From: Nemertoderma westbladi
Lineage: Eukaryota > Animalia > Xenacoelomorpha
Length of the DNA stretch: 64,000 nt
Direction: 5' to 3'
Assembly (NCBI GenBank): GCA_032718475.1
Contig: JAUCBJ010001598.1
Coordinates: 67,731 to 131,730, forward strand
The translations under genes and the position numbers were made by a program. This document shows positions 15,001-30,000 of the stretch, one piece after another (position 1 is the stretch's first letter; each line of letters starts with the position of its first letter). The notes below the pieces were generated by a model. It had not been told where the DNA came from and made no database searches. It saw only the letters and a list, made by a program, of their open reading frames with translations.

Positions 15001-18000
15001 CCCGTTGAGTCTACTATTCTACGCTATCATTTGTTTCCCAGACACCCCGTTGAGTCTGTACTATTCTACGCTATCATTTGTTTCCCAGGCACCCTGTTGA
15101 GTCTGTCTGTACTATTCTACGCTACCATTTGTTTCCCAGGTACCCCGTTGAGTCTGTACTATTCTACGCTATCATTTGTTTCCCAGGCACTCCGTTGCGT
15201 CTACTATTCTACGCTATCATTTGTTTCCCAGGCACTCTGTTGAGTCTGTACTATTCTACGCTATCATTTGTTTCCCAGACACCCCGTTGAGTCTGTACTA
15301 TTCTACGCTATCATTTGTTTCCCAGGCACCCCGTTGAGTCTGTAGTATTCTACGCTATCATTTGTTTCCCAGACACCCCGTTGAGTCTGTACTATTATAC
15401 GCTATCATTTGTTTCCCAGGCACCCTGTTGAGTCTACTATTCTACGCTATCATTTGTTTCCCAGGCACCCCGTTGAGTCTGTACTATTCTACATTATCAT
15501 TTGTTTCCCAGGCACCCCGTTGAGTCTGTACTATTCTACGCTATCATTTGTTTCCCAGGCACCCTGTTGAGTCTGTACTATTCTACGTTATCATTTTTTT
15601 CCCAGGCACCCTGTTGAGTCTGTCTGTACTATTCTACGCTACCATTTGTTTCCCAGGCACCCCGTTGAGTCTGTACTATTCTACGCTATCATTTGTTTCC
15701 CAGGCACCCCGTTGAGTCTGTACTATTCTACGCTATCATTTGTTTCCCAGGTACTCCGTTGAGTCTGTACTATTCTACGTTAGCATTTGTTTCCCAGACA
15801 CCCCGTTGAGTCTGTACTATTCTACGCTATCATTTGTTTCCCAGGTACTCCGTTGAGTCTGTACTATTCTACGTTAGCATTTGTTTCCCAGACACCCCGT
15901 TGAGTCTGTACTATTCTACGCTACCATTTGTTTCCCAGGCACCCCGTTGAGTCTGTACTATTCTACGCTATCATTTGTTTCCCAGGCACCCCGTTGAGTC
16001 TGTACTATTCTACGCTTCCCATGCACCCCGTTGAGTCTACTATTCTACGCTACCATTTGTTTCCCAGGCACTCCGTTGCGTCTACTATTCTACGCTATCA
16101 TTTGTTTCCCAGGCACCCCGTTGAGTCTGTACTATTCTACGCTATCATTTGTTTCCCAGGTACTCCGTTGAGTCTGTACTATTCTACGTTAGCATTTGTT
16201 TCCCAGACACCCCGTTGAGTCTGTACTATTCTACGCTATCATTTGTTTCCCAGGCACCCCGTTGAGTCTGTACTATTCTACGCTATCATTTGTTTCCCAG
16301 GTACTCCGTTGAGTCTGTACTATTCTACGCTACCATTTGTTTCCCAGGCACCCCGTTGAGTCTGTACTATTCTACGCTATCATTTGTTTCTCAGGCACCC
16401 CGTTGAGTCTGTACTATTCTACGTTAGCATTTGTTTCCCAGGCACCCCGTTGAGTCTGTACTATTCTACGCTATCATTTGTTTCCCAGGCACCCCGTTGA
16501 GTCTGTACTATTCTACGCTATCATTTGTTTCCCAGGCACCTCGTTGAGTCTGTCTGTACTATTCTACGCTATCATTTGTTTCCCAGGCACCCCGTTGAGT
16601 CTGTCTGTACTATTCTACGCTATCATTTGTTTCCCAGGCACCCCGTTGAGTCTGTACTATTCTACGCTATCATTTGTTTCCCAGGCACCCCGTTGAGTCT
16701 GTCTGTACTATTCTACGCTATCATTTGTTTCCCAGGCACCCCGTTGAGTCTGTCTGTACTATTCTACGCTATCATTTGTTTCCCAGGCACCCCGTTGAGT
16801 CTGTACTATTCTACGCTATCATTTGTTTCCCAGGCACCTCGTTGAGTCTGTCTGTACTATTCTACGCTATATCATTTGTTTCCCAGGCACCCTGTTGAGT
16901 CTACTATTCTACGCTAGCATTTGTTTCCCAGGCACCCCGTTGAGTCTGTACTATTCTACGTTATCATTTTTTTCCCAGGCACCCTGTTTAGTCTGTCTGT
17001 ACTATTCTACGCTACCATTTGTTTCCCAGGCACCCCGTTGAGTCTGTACTATTCTACGCTATCATTTGTTTCCCAGGCACCCCGTTGAGTCTGTACTATT
17101 CTACGTTAGCATTTGTTTCCCAGACACCCCGTTGAGTCTGTACTATTCTACGCTATCATTTGTTTCCCAGGCACCTCGTTAAGTCTGTACTATTATACGC
17201 TATCATTTGTTTCCCAGGCACCCTGTGGAGTCTGTCGGTACTATTCTACGCTATCATTTGTTTCCCAGGCACCCCGTTGAGTCTGTACTATTATACGCTA
17301 TCATTTGTTTCCCAGGTACTCCGTTGAGTCTGTACTATTCTACGCTATCATTTGTTTCCCAGGCACCTCGTTAAGTCTGTACTATTATACGCTATCATTT
17401 GTTTCCCAGGCACCTCGTTAAGTCTGTACTATTATACGCTATCATTTGTTTCCCAGGCACCTCGTTAAGTCTGTACTATTATACGCTATCATTTGTTTCC
17501 CAGGCACCTCGTTAAGTCTGTACTATTATACGCTATCATTTGTTTCCCAGGCACCTCGTTAAGTCTGTACTATTATACGCTATCATTTGTTTCCCAGGCA
17601 CCCTGTGGAGTCTGTCGGTACTATTCTACGCTATCATTTGTTTCCCAGGCACCCCGTTGAGTCTGTACTATTATACGCTATCATTTGTTTCCCAGGTACT
17701 CCGTTGAGTCTGTACTATTCTACGCTATCATTTGTTTCCCAGGCACCCCGTTGAGTCTGTACTATTCTACGCTATCATTTGTTTCCCAGACACCCCGTTG
17801 CGTCTACTATTCTACGCTATCATTTGTTTCCCAGGCACCCCGTTGAGTCTGTACTATTCTACGCTATCATTTGTTTCCCAGACACCCCGTTGCGTCTACT
17901 ATTCTACGCTATCATTTGTTTCCCAGGCACCCCGTTGAGTCTGTCTGTACTATTCTACGCTATCATTTGTTTCCCAGGCACCCCGTTGAGTCTGTCTGTA

Positions 18001-21000
18001 CTATTCTACGCTATCATTTGTTTCCCAGGCACCCCGTTGAGTCTGTACTATTCTACGCTATCATTTGTTTCCCAGGCACCCCGTTGAGTCTGTACTATTC
18101 TACGCTATCATTTGTTTCCCAGGCACCCCGTTGAGTCTGTCTGTACTATTCTACGCTATCATTTGTTTCCCAGGCACCCCGTTGAGTCTGTACTATTCTA
18201 CGCTATCATTTGTTTCCCAGGCACCCCGTTGAGTCTACTATTCTACGCTATCATTTGTTTCCCAGACACCCCGTTGAGTCTGTACTATTCTACGCTAGCA
18301 TTTGTTTCCCAGGCACCCCGTTGAGTCTACTATTCTACGCTATCATTTGTTTCCCGCAGGCACCCCGTTGAATCTGTACTATTCTACGCTATCATTTGTT
18401 TCCCAGGCACCCCGTTGAGTCTGTACTATTCTACGCTATCATTTGTTTCCCAGGCACCCCGTTGAGTCTGTACTATTCTACGCTATCATTTGTTTCCCAG
18501 ACACCCCGTTGAGTCTGTACTATTCTACGCTATCATTTGTTTCCCAGACACCCCGTTGAGTCTGTACTATTCTACGCTATCATTTGTTTCCCAGGCACCC
18601 CGTTGAGTCTGTACTATTCTACGCTATCATTTGTTTCCCAGACACCCCGTTGAGTCTGTACTATTCTACGCTATCATTTGTTTCCCAGGCACCCCGTTGA
18701 GTCTGTACTATTCTACGCTACCATTTGTTTCTCAGGCACCCCGTTGAGTCTGTACTATTCTACGCTATCATTTGTTTCCCAGGCACCCCGTTGAGTCTGT
18801 ACTATTCTACGCTATCATTTGTTTCCCAGGCACTCCGTTGCGTCTACTATTCTACGCTATCATTTGTTTCCCAGGCACCCCGTTGAGTCTGTACTATTCT
18901 ACGCTATCATTTGTTTCCCAGGCACCCCGTTGAGTCTGTACTATTCTACGCTATCATTTGTTTCCCAGGCACCCCGTTGAGTCTGTACTATTCTACGCTA
19001 TCATTTGTTTCCCAGGCACCCCGTTGAGTCTGTACTATTCTACGCTAGCATTTGTTTCCCAGGCACCTCGTTGAGTCTACTATTCTACGCTATCATTTGT
19101 TTCCCAGGTACCCCGTTGAGTCTGTACTATTCTACGCTATCATTTGTTTCCCAGGCACCCTGTTGAGTCTGTACTATTCTACGCTATCATTTGTTTCCCA
19201 TGCACTCCGTTGAGTCTGTACTATTATACGCTATCATTTGTTTCCCAGGCACCCCGTTGAGTCTACTATTCTACGCTATCATTTGTTTCCCAGACACCCC
19301 GTTGAGTCTGTACTATTCTACATTATCATTTGTTTCCCAGGCACCCCGTTGAGTCTGTACTATTCTACGCTATCATTTGTTTCCCATGCACCCCGTTGAG
19401 TCTACTATTCTACGCTATCATTTGTTTCCCAAGCACCCCGTTGAGTCTACTATTCTACGCTATCATTTGTTTCCCAGGCACCCCGTTGAGTCTGTACTAT
19501 TCTACGCTATCATTTGTTTCCCAGGCACCCCGTTGAGTCTACTATTCTACGCTATCATTTGTTTCCCAGGCACCCCGTTGAGTCTGTACTATTCTACGCT
19601 ATCATTTGTTTCCCAGGCACCCCGTTGAGTCTGTACTATTCTACGCTATCATTTGTTTCCCAGGCACCCCGTTGCGTCTACTATTCTACGCTATCATTTG
19701 TTTCCCAGGCACCCCGTTGAGTCTACTATTCTACGCTATCATTTGTTTCCCAGGCACGCCGTTGAGTCTGTACTATTCTACATTATCATTTGTTTCCCAG
19801 GCACCCCGTTGCGTCTACTATTCTACGCTATCATTTGTTTCCCAGGCACGCCGTTGAGTCTGTACTATTCTACATTATCATTTTTTTCCCAGGCACCCTG
19901 TTGAGTCTGTCTGTACTATTCTACGCTATCATTTGTTTCCCAGGCACCCCGTTGAGTCTGTACTATTCTACGCTAGCATTTGTTTCCCAGGCACCCTGTT
20001 GAGTCTGTCTGTACTATTCTACGCTATCATTTGTTTCCCAGGCACCCCGTTGAGTCTACTATTCTACGCTATCATTTGTTTCCCAGGCACCCTGTTGAGT
20101 CTGTCGGTACTATTCTACGCTATCATTTGTTTCCCAGGCACCCCGTTGCATCTACTATTCTACGCTATCATTTGTTTCCCAGGCACCCCGTTGAGTCTGT
20201 ACTATTCTACGCTATCATTTGTTTCCCAGGCACCCCGTTGAGTCTACTATTCTACTCTACCATTTGTTTCTCAGGCACCCCGTTGAGTCTGTACTATTCT
20301 ACGCTATCATTTGTTTCCCAGGCACCCCGTTGAGTCTGTACTATTCTACGCTATCATTTGTTTCCCAGACACCCCGTTGAGTCTGTACTATTCTACGCTA
20401 GCATTTGTTTCCCAGACACCCCGTTGAGTCTGTACTATTCTACGCTATCATTTGTTTCCCAGGCACCCCGTTGAGTCTGTACTATTCTACGCTATCATTT
20501 GTTTCCCAGGCACCCCGTTGAGTCTACTATTCTACGCTATCATTTGTTTCCCAGACACCCCGTTGAGTCTGTACTATTCTACGCTACCATTTGTTTCTCA
20601 GGCACCCCGTTGAGTCTGTACTATTCTACGCTATCATTTGTTTCCCAGGCACTCCGTTGCGTCTACTATTCTACGCTATCATTTGTTTCCCAGGCACCCC
20701 GTTGCGTCTGTACTATTCTTACGCTATCATTTGTTTCCCAGGCACCCCGTTGAGTCTACAATTCTACGCTATCATTTGTTTCCCAGGCACCCCGTTGAGT
20801 CTGTACTATTCTACGCTAGCATTTGTTTCCCAGGCACCCCGTTGAGTCTGTACTATTCTACGCTATCATTTGTTTCCCAGGCACCCCGTTGAGTCTACTA
20901 TTCTACGCTATCATTTGTTTCCCAGACACCCCGTTAAGTCTGTACTATTCTACGCTACCATTTGTTTCTCAGGCACGCCGTTGAGTCTGTACTATTCTAC

Positions 21001-24000
21001 CCTATCATTTGTTTCCCAGGCACTCCGTTGCGTCTACTATTCTACGCTATCATTTGTTTCCCAGGCACCCCGTTGAGTCTGTACTATTCTACGCTATCAT
21101 TTGTTTCCCAGGCACCCTGTTGAGTCTACTATTCTACGCTATCATTTGTTTCCCAGGCACCCCGTTGAGTCTGTACTATTCTACGCTATCATTTGTTTCC
21201 CATGCACCCCGTTGAGTCTACTATTCTACGCTATCATTTGTTTCCCATGCACCCCGTTGAGTCTACAATTCTACGCTATCATTTGTTTCCCATGCACCCC
21301 GTTGAGTCTACTATTCTACGCTATCATTTGTTTCCCAGGCACCCCGTTGAGTCTGTACTATTCTACGCTATCATTTGTTTCCCATGCACCCCGTTGAGTC
21401 TACAATTCTACGCTATCATTTGTTTCCCATGCACCCCGTTGAGTCTACTATTCTACGCTATCATTTGTTTCCCATGCACCCCGTTGAGTCTACTATTCTA
21501 CGCTATCATTTGTTTCCCATGCACCCCGTTGAGTCTACAATTCTACGCTATCATTTGTTTCCCATGCACCCCGTTGAGTCTACTATTCTACGCTATCATT
21601 TGTTTCCCAGGCACCCCGTTGAGTCTGTACTATTCTACGCTATCATTTGTTTCCCAGGCACCCCGTTGAGTCTACTATTCTACGCTATCATTTGTTTCCC
21701 AGGCACCCCGTTGAGTCTGTACTATTCTACGCTATCATTTGTTTCCCAGGCACCCCGTTGCGTCTACTATTCTACGCTATCATTTGTTTCCCAGGCACCC
21801 CGTTGAGTCTGTACTATTCTACGCTATCATTTGTTTCCCAGGCACCCCGTTGCGTCTACTATTCTACGCTATCATTTGTTTCCCAGGCACCCCGTTGAGT
21901 CTGTACTATTCTACGCTATCATTTGTTTCCCAGGCACCCCGTTGAGTCTACTATTCTACGCTATCATTTGTTTCCCAGGCACCCCGTTGAGTCTGTACTA
22001 TTCTACGCTATCATTTGTTTCCCAGGCACCCCGTTGCGTCTACTATTCTACGCTATCATTTGTTTCCCAGGTACCCCGTTGAGTCTACTATTCTACGCTA
22101 GCATTTGTTTCCCAGGCACCCCGTTGAGTCTACTATTCTACTCTACCATTTGTTTCCCAGGCACCCCGTTGAGTCTACTATTCTACGCTATCATTTGTTT
22201 CCCATGCACCCCGTTGAGTCTACTATTCTACGCTAGCATTTGTTTCCCAGGCACCCCGTTGAGTCTACTATTCTACTCTACCATTTGTTTCCCAGGCACC
22301 CCGTTGAGTCTGTACTATTCTACGCTAGCATTTGTTTCCCAGGCACCCCGTTGAGTCTACTATTCTACTCTACCATTTGTTTCTCAGGCACCCCGTTGAG
22401 TCTGTACTATTCTACGTTAGCATTTGTTTCCCAGACACCCCGTTGAGTCTGTACTATTCTACGCTAGCATTTGTTTCCCAGGCACCCCGTTGAGTCTACT
22501 ATTCTACTCTACCATTTGTTTCTCAGGCACCCCGTTGAGTCTGTACTATTCTACGTTAGCATTTGTTTCCCAGGCACCCCGTTGCGTCTACTATTCTACG
22601 CTATCATTTGTTTCCCAGGCACCCCGTTGAGTCTGTACTATTCTACGCTATCATTTGTTTCCCAGGCACCCCGTTGCGTCTACTATTCTACGCTATCATT
22701 TGTTTCCCAGGCACCCCGTTGAGTCTGTACTATTATACGCTATCATTTGTTTCCCAGGCACTCCGTTGCGTCTACTATTCTACGCTATCATTTGTTTCTC
22801 AGGCACCCCGTTGAGTCTGTCTGTACTATTCTACGCTACCATTTGTTTCCCAGGTACCCCGTTGAGTCTGTACTATTCTACGCTATCATTTGTTTCCCAG
22901 GCACGCCGTTGAGTCTGTACTATTCTACGCTATCATTTGTTTCCCAGGTACCCCGTTGAGTCTACTATTCTACGCTATCATTTGTTTCCCAGGCACCCCG
23001 TTGAGTCTGTACTATTCTACGCTATCATTTGTTTCCCATGTACCCCGTTGAGTCTACTATTCTACATTATCATTTGTTTCCCAGACACCCCGTTGAGTCT
23101 GTACTATTCTACGCTATCATTTGTTTCCCAGGCACCTCGTTAAGTCTGTACTATTATACGCTATCATTTGTTTCCCAGGCACCCTGTTGAGTCTGTCGGT
23201 ACTATTCTACGCTATCATTTGTTTCCCAGGCACCCCGTTGAGTCTGTACTATTCTACGCTATCATTTGTTTCCCAGGCACCCTGTGGAGTCTGTCGGTAC
23301 TATTCTACGCTAGCATTTGTTTCCCAGGCACCCCGTTGAGTCTGTACTATTCTACGCTAGCATTTGTTTCCCAGGCACCCCGTTGAGTCTACTATTCTAC
23401 GCTATCATTTGTTTCCCATGCACCCCGTTGAGTCTACTATTCTACGCTAGCATTTGTTTCCCAGGCACCCCGTTGAGTCTGTACTATTCTACGCTAGCAT
23501 TTGTTTCCCAGGCACCCCGTTGAGTCTACTATTCTACGCTATCATTTGTTTCCCATGCACCCCGTTGAGTCTACTATTCTACGCTAGCATTTGTTTCCCA
23601 GGCACCCCGTTGAGTCTGTACTATTCTACGCTAGCATTTGTTTCCCAGGCACCCCGTTGAGTCTGTACTATTTTACGCTAGCATTTGTTTCCCAGGCACC
23701 CCGTTGAGTCTGTACTATTCTACGCTATCATTTGTTTCCCAGGCACCCTGTGGAGTCTGTCGGTACTATTCTACGCTAGCATTTGTTTCCCAGGCACCCC
23801 GTTGAGTCTGTACTATTCTACGCTAGCATTTGTTTCCCAGGCACCCCGTTGAGTCTACTATTCTACGCTATCATTTGTTTCCCATGCACCCCGTTGAGTC
23901 TACTATTCTACGCTAGCATTTGTTTCCCAGGCACCCCGTTGAGTCTGTACTATTCTACGCTATCATTTGTTTCCCAGGTACCCCGTTGAGTCTGTACTAT

Positions 24001-27000
24001 TCTACGCTAGCATTTGTTTCCCAGGCACCCCGTTGAGTCTGTACTATTCTACGCTAGCATTTGTTTCCCAGGCACCTCGTTGAGTCTGTACTATTATACG
24101 CTAGCATTTGTTTCTCAGGCACCCTGTTGAGTCTACTATTCTACGCTATAATTTGTTTCCCAGGCACCCCGTTGAGTCTACTATTCTACGCTATCATTTG
24201 TTTCCCAGGCACGCCGTTGAGTCTGTACTATTCTACGCTATCATTTGTTTCCCATGCACTCCGTTGAGTCTACTATTCTACGCTATCATTTGTTTCCCAG
24301 GCACCCCGTTGAGTCTGTACTATTCTACGCTAGCATTTGTTTCCCAGACACCCCGTTGAGTCTGTACTATTCTACGCTAGCATTTGTTTCCCAGGCACCT
24401 CGTTGAGTCTGTACTATTATACGCTATCATTTGTTTCCCAGGCACTCCGTTGCGTCTACTATTCTACGCTATCATTTGTTTCCCAGGCACCCCGTTGAGT
24501 CTGTACTATTCTACGCTAGCATTTGTTTCCCAGGCACCTCGTTGAGTCTGTACTATTATACGCTATCATTTGTTTCCCAGGCACTCCGTTGCGTCTACTA
24601 TTCTACGCTATCATTTGTTTCCCAGGCACCCCGTTGAGTCTGTACTATTCTACGCTATCATTTGTTTCTCAGGCACCCCGTTGAGTCTACTATTCTACGC
24701 TATCATTTGTTTCCCAGGCACCCCGTTGAGTCTGTACTATTCTACGCTAGCATTTGTTTCCCAGGCACCTCGTTGAGTCTGTACTATTATACGCTATCAT
24801 TTGTTTCCCAGGCACTCCGTTGCGTCTACTATTCTACGCTATCATTTGTTTCCCAGGCACCCCGTTGAGTCTGTACTATTCTACGCTATCATTTGTTTCT
24901 CAGGCACCCCGTTGAGTCTACTATTCTACGCTATCATTTGTTTCCCAGGCACCCCGTTGAGTCTGTACTATTCTACGCTAGCATTTGTTTCCCAGGCACC
25001 TCGTTGAGTCTGTACTATTATACGCTATCATTTGTTTCCCAGGCACTCCGTTGCGTCTACTATTCTACGCTATCATTTGTTTCTCAGGCACCCCGTTGAG
25101 TCTACTATTCTACGCTATCATTTGTTTCCCAGGCACCCCGTTGAGTCTGTACTATTCTACGCTATCATTTGTTTCTCAGGCACCCCGTTGAGTCTGTACT
25201 ATTCTACGCTATCATTTGTTTCCCAGGCACTCCGTTGCGTCTACTATTCTACGCTAGCATTTGTTTCCCAGGCACCTCGTTGAGTCTGTACTATTATACG
25301 CTACCATTTGTTTCCCAGGTACCCCGTTGAGTCTGTACTATTCTACGCTATCATTTGTTTCCCAGGCACTCCGTTGCGTCTACTATTCTACGCTAGCATT
25401 TGTTTCCCAGGCACCTCGTTGAGTCTGTACTATTATACGCTACCATTTGTTTCCCAGGTACCCCGTTGAGTCTGTACTATTCTACGCTATCATTTGTTTC
25501 TCAGGCACCCCGTTGAGTCTGTACTATTCTACGCTATCATTTGTTTCCCAGGCACTCCGTTGCGTCTACTATTCTACGCTAGCATTTGTTTCCCAGGCAC
25601 CTCGTTGAGTCTGTACTATTATACGCTATCATTTGTTTCCCAGGCACCCCGTTGAGTCTGTACTATTCTACGCTAGCATTTGTTTCCCAGGCACCTCGTT
25701 GAGTCTGTACTATTATACGCTATCATTTGTTTCCCAGGCACTCCGTTGCGTCTACTATTCTACGCTATCATTTGTTTCCCAGGCACCCCGTTGAGTCTGT
25801 ACTATTCTACGCTATCATTTGTTTCTCAGGCACCCCGTTGAGTCTACTATTCTACGCTATCATTTGTTTCCCAGGCACCCCGTTGAGTCTGTACTATTCT
25901 ACGCTATCATTTGTTTCTCAGGCACCCCGTTGAGTCTGTACTATTCTACGCTATCATTTGTTTCCCAGGCACCCCGTTGAGTCTACTATTATACGCTATC
26001 ATTTGTTTCCCAGGCACTCCGTTGCGTCTACTATTCTACGCTATCATTTGTTTCCCAGGCACCCCGTTGAGTCTGTACTATTCTACGCTAGCATTTGTTT
26101 CCCAGGTACCCCGTTGAGTCTGTACTATTCTACGCTAGCATTTGTTTCCCAGGCACCCCGTTGAGTCTGTACTATTCTACGCTAGCATTTGTTTCCCAGG
26201 TACCCCGTTGAGTCTGTACTATTCTACGCTATCATTTGTTTCCCAGGCACCCCGTTGAGTCTGTACTATTCTACGCTATCATTTGTTTCCCAGGCACTCC
26301 GTTGAGTCTGTACTATTCTACGCTATCATTTGTTTCCCAGGCACTCCGTTGAGTCTGTACTATTCTACGCTACCATTTGTTTCCCAGGTACCCCGTTGAG
26401 TCTGTACTATTCTACGCTATCATTTGTTTCCCAGGCACCTCGTTGAGTCTGTACTATTCTACGCTATCATTTGTTTCCCAGGCACTCCGTTGAGTCTGTA
26501 CTATTCTACGCTACCATTTGTTTCCCAGGTACCCCGTTGAGTCTGTACTATTCTACGCTACCATTTGTTTCCCAGGTACCCCGTTGAGTCTGTACTATTC
26601 TACGCTATCATTTGTTTCCCAGGCACCTCGTTGAGTCTGTACTATTCTACGCTATCATTTGTTTCCCAGGCACTCCGTTGAGTCTGTACTATTCTACGCT
26701 ACCATTTGTTTCCCAGGTACCCCGTTGAGTCTGTACTATTCTACGCTATCATTTGTTTCCCAGGCACTCCGTTGAGTCTGTACTATTCTACGCTACCATT
26801 TGTTTCCCAGGTACCCCGTTGAGTCTGTACTATTCTACGCTATCATTTGTTTCCCAGGCACCTCGTTGAGTCTGTACTATTCTACGCTATCATTTGTTTC
26901 CCAGGCACTCCGTTGAGTCTGTACTATTCTACGCTACCATTTGTTTCCCAGGTACCCCGTTGAGTCTGTACTATTCTACGCTATCATTTGTTTCCCAGAC

Positions 27001-30000
27001 ACCCCGTTGAGTCTGTACTATTCTACGCTATCATTTGTTTCCCATGCACCCCGTTGAGTCTACTATTATACGCTATCATTTGTTTCCCAGGCACTCCGTT
27101 GCGTCTACTATTCTACGCTATCATTTGTTTCCCAGGCACCCCGTTGAGTCTGTACTATTCTACGCTATCATTTGTTTCCCAGGCACCCCGTTGAGTCTGT
27201 ACTATTCTACGCTATCATTTGTTTCCCAGGCACCCTGTTGAGTCTGTACTATTCTACGCTAGCATTTGTTTCCCAGGCACTCCGTTGAGTCTGTACTATT
27301 CTACGCTATCATTTGTTTCCCAGGCACCCCGTTGAGTCTGTACTATTCTACGCTAGCATTTGTTTCCCATGCACCCCGTTGAGTCTACTATTATACGCTA
27401 TCATTTGTTTCCCAGGCACTCCGTTGCGTCTACTATTCTACGCTATCATTTGTTTCCCAGGCACCCCGTTGAGTCTGTACTATTCTACGCTACCATTTGT
27501 TTCCCAGGTACCCCGTTGAGTCTGTACTATTCTACGCTACCATTTGTTTCCCAGGCACCCCGTTGAGTCTGTACTATTCTACGCTATCATTTGTTTCCCA
27601 GGTACCCCGTTGAGTCTGTACTATTCTACGCTAGCATTTGTTTCCCATGCACCCCGTTGCGTCTACTATTCTACGCTATCATTTGTTTCCCAGGCACCCC
27701 GTTGAGTCTGTACTATTCTACGCTATCATTTGTTTCCCAGGCACTCCGTTGCGTCTACTATTCTACGCTATCATTTGTTTCCCAGGTACCCCGTTGAGTC
27801 TGTACTATTCTACGCTACCATTTGTTTCCCAGGTACCCCGTTGAGTCTGTACTATTCTACGCTACCATTTGTTTCCCAGGCACCCCGTTGAGTCTGTACT
27901 ATTCTACGCTATCATTTGTTTCCCAGGTACCCCGTTGAGTCTGTACTATTCTACGCTAGCATTTGTTTCCCATGCACCCCGTTGAGTCTGTACTATTCTA
28001 CGCTATCATTTGTTTCCCATGCACCCCGTTGAGTCTGTACTATTCTACGCTATCATTTGTTTCCCAGGCACGCCGTTGAGTCTGTACTATTCTACGCTAC
28101 CATTTGTTTCCCAGGTACCCCGTTGAGTCTGTACTATTCTACGCTATCATTTGTTTCCCAGGTACCCCGTTGAGTCTGTACTATTCTACGCTAGCATTTG
28201 TTTCCCATGCACCCCGTTGAGTCTACTATTATACGCTATCATTTGTTTCCCAGGCACTCCGTTGCGTCTACTATTCTACGCTATCATTTGTTTCCCAGGC
28301 ACCCCGTTGAGTCTGTACTATTCTACGCTAGCATTTGTTTCCCAGGCACCCCGTTGAGTCTGTACTATTCTACGCTATCATTTGTTTCCCAGGCACTCCG
28401 TTGAGTCTACTATTCTACGCTATCATTTGTTTCCCAGGCACCCCGTTGAGTCTGTACTATTCTACGCTAGCATTTGTTTCCCAGGCACCCCGTTGAGTCT
28501 GTACTATTCTACGCTATCATTTGTTTCCCAGGCACTCCGTTGAGTCTGTACTATTCTACGCTATCATTTGTTTCCCAGGCACCCCGTTGAGTCTGTACTA
28601 TTCTACGCTATCATTTGTTTCCCAGGCACTCCGTTGAGTCTGTACTATTCTACATTATCATTTGTTTCCCAGACACCCCGTTGAGTCTGTACTATTCTAC
28701 GCTAGCATTTGTTTCCCAGGCACCCCGTTGAGTCTGTACTATTCTACGCTATCATTTGTTTCCCATGCACTCCGTTGAGTCTACTATTCTACGCTATCAT
28801 TTGTTTCCCAGGCACCCCGTTGAGTCTACTATTCTACGCTATCATTTGTTTCCCAGACACCCCGTTGAGTCTGTACTATTCTACGCTAGCATTTGTTTCT
28901 CAGGCACCCCGTTGAGTCTGTACTATTCTACGCTATCATTTGTTTCCCAGGCACTCCGTTGCGTCTACTATTCTACATTATCATTTGTTTCCCAGGTACC
29001 CCGTTGAGTCTGTACTATTCTACGCTAGCATTTGTTTCCCAGACACCCCGTTGAGTCTGTACTATTCTACGCTATCATTTGTTTCCCAGGCACCCCGTTG
29101 AGTCTGTACTATTCTACGCTATCATTTGTTTCCCAGGCACCCCGTTGAGTCTGTACTATTCTACGCTATCATTTGTTTCCCAGGCACCCCGTTGAGTCTG
29201 TACTATTCTACGCTAGCATTTGTTTCCCAGGCACCCCGTTGAGTCTGTACTATTCTACGCTATCATTTGTTTCCCAGGCACCCCGTTGAGTCTGTACTAT
29301 TCTACGCTAGCATTTGTTTCCCAGGCACCCCGTTGAGTCTGTACTATTCTACGCTATCATTTGTTTCCCATGCACCCCGTTGAGTCTACTATTCTACGCT
29401 ATCATTTGTTTCCCATGCACCCCGTTGAGTCTACAATTCTACGCTATCATTTGTTTCCCATGCACCCCGTTGAGTCTACTATTCTACGCTATCATTTGTT
29501 TCCCAGGCACCCCGTTGAGTCTGTACTATTCTACGCTATCATTTGTTTCCCAGGCACCCCGTTGAGTCTGTACTATTCTACGCTATCATTTGTTTCCCAG
29601 GCACCCCGTTGAGTCTACAATTCTACGCTATCATTTGTTTCCCATGCACCCCGTTGAGTCTACTATTCTACGCTATCATTTGTTTCCCAGGCACCCCGTT
29701 GAGTCTGTACTATTCTACGCTATCATTTGTTTCCCAGGCACCCCGTTGAGTCTGTACTATTCTACGCTATCATTTGTTTCCCAGGCACCCCGTTGAGTCT
29801 GTACTATTCTACGCTAGCATTTGTTTCCCAGGCACCCTGTTGAGTCTACTATTCTACGCTATCATTTGTTTCCCAGGCACCCCGTTGAGTCTGTACTATT
29901 CTACGCTATCATTTGTTTCCCAGGCACCCCGTTGAGTCTGTACTATTCTACGCTATCATTTGTTTCCCAGGCACCCCGTTGCGTCTGTACTATTCTACGC

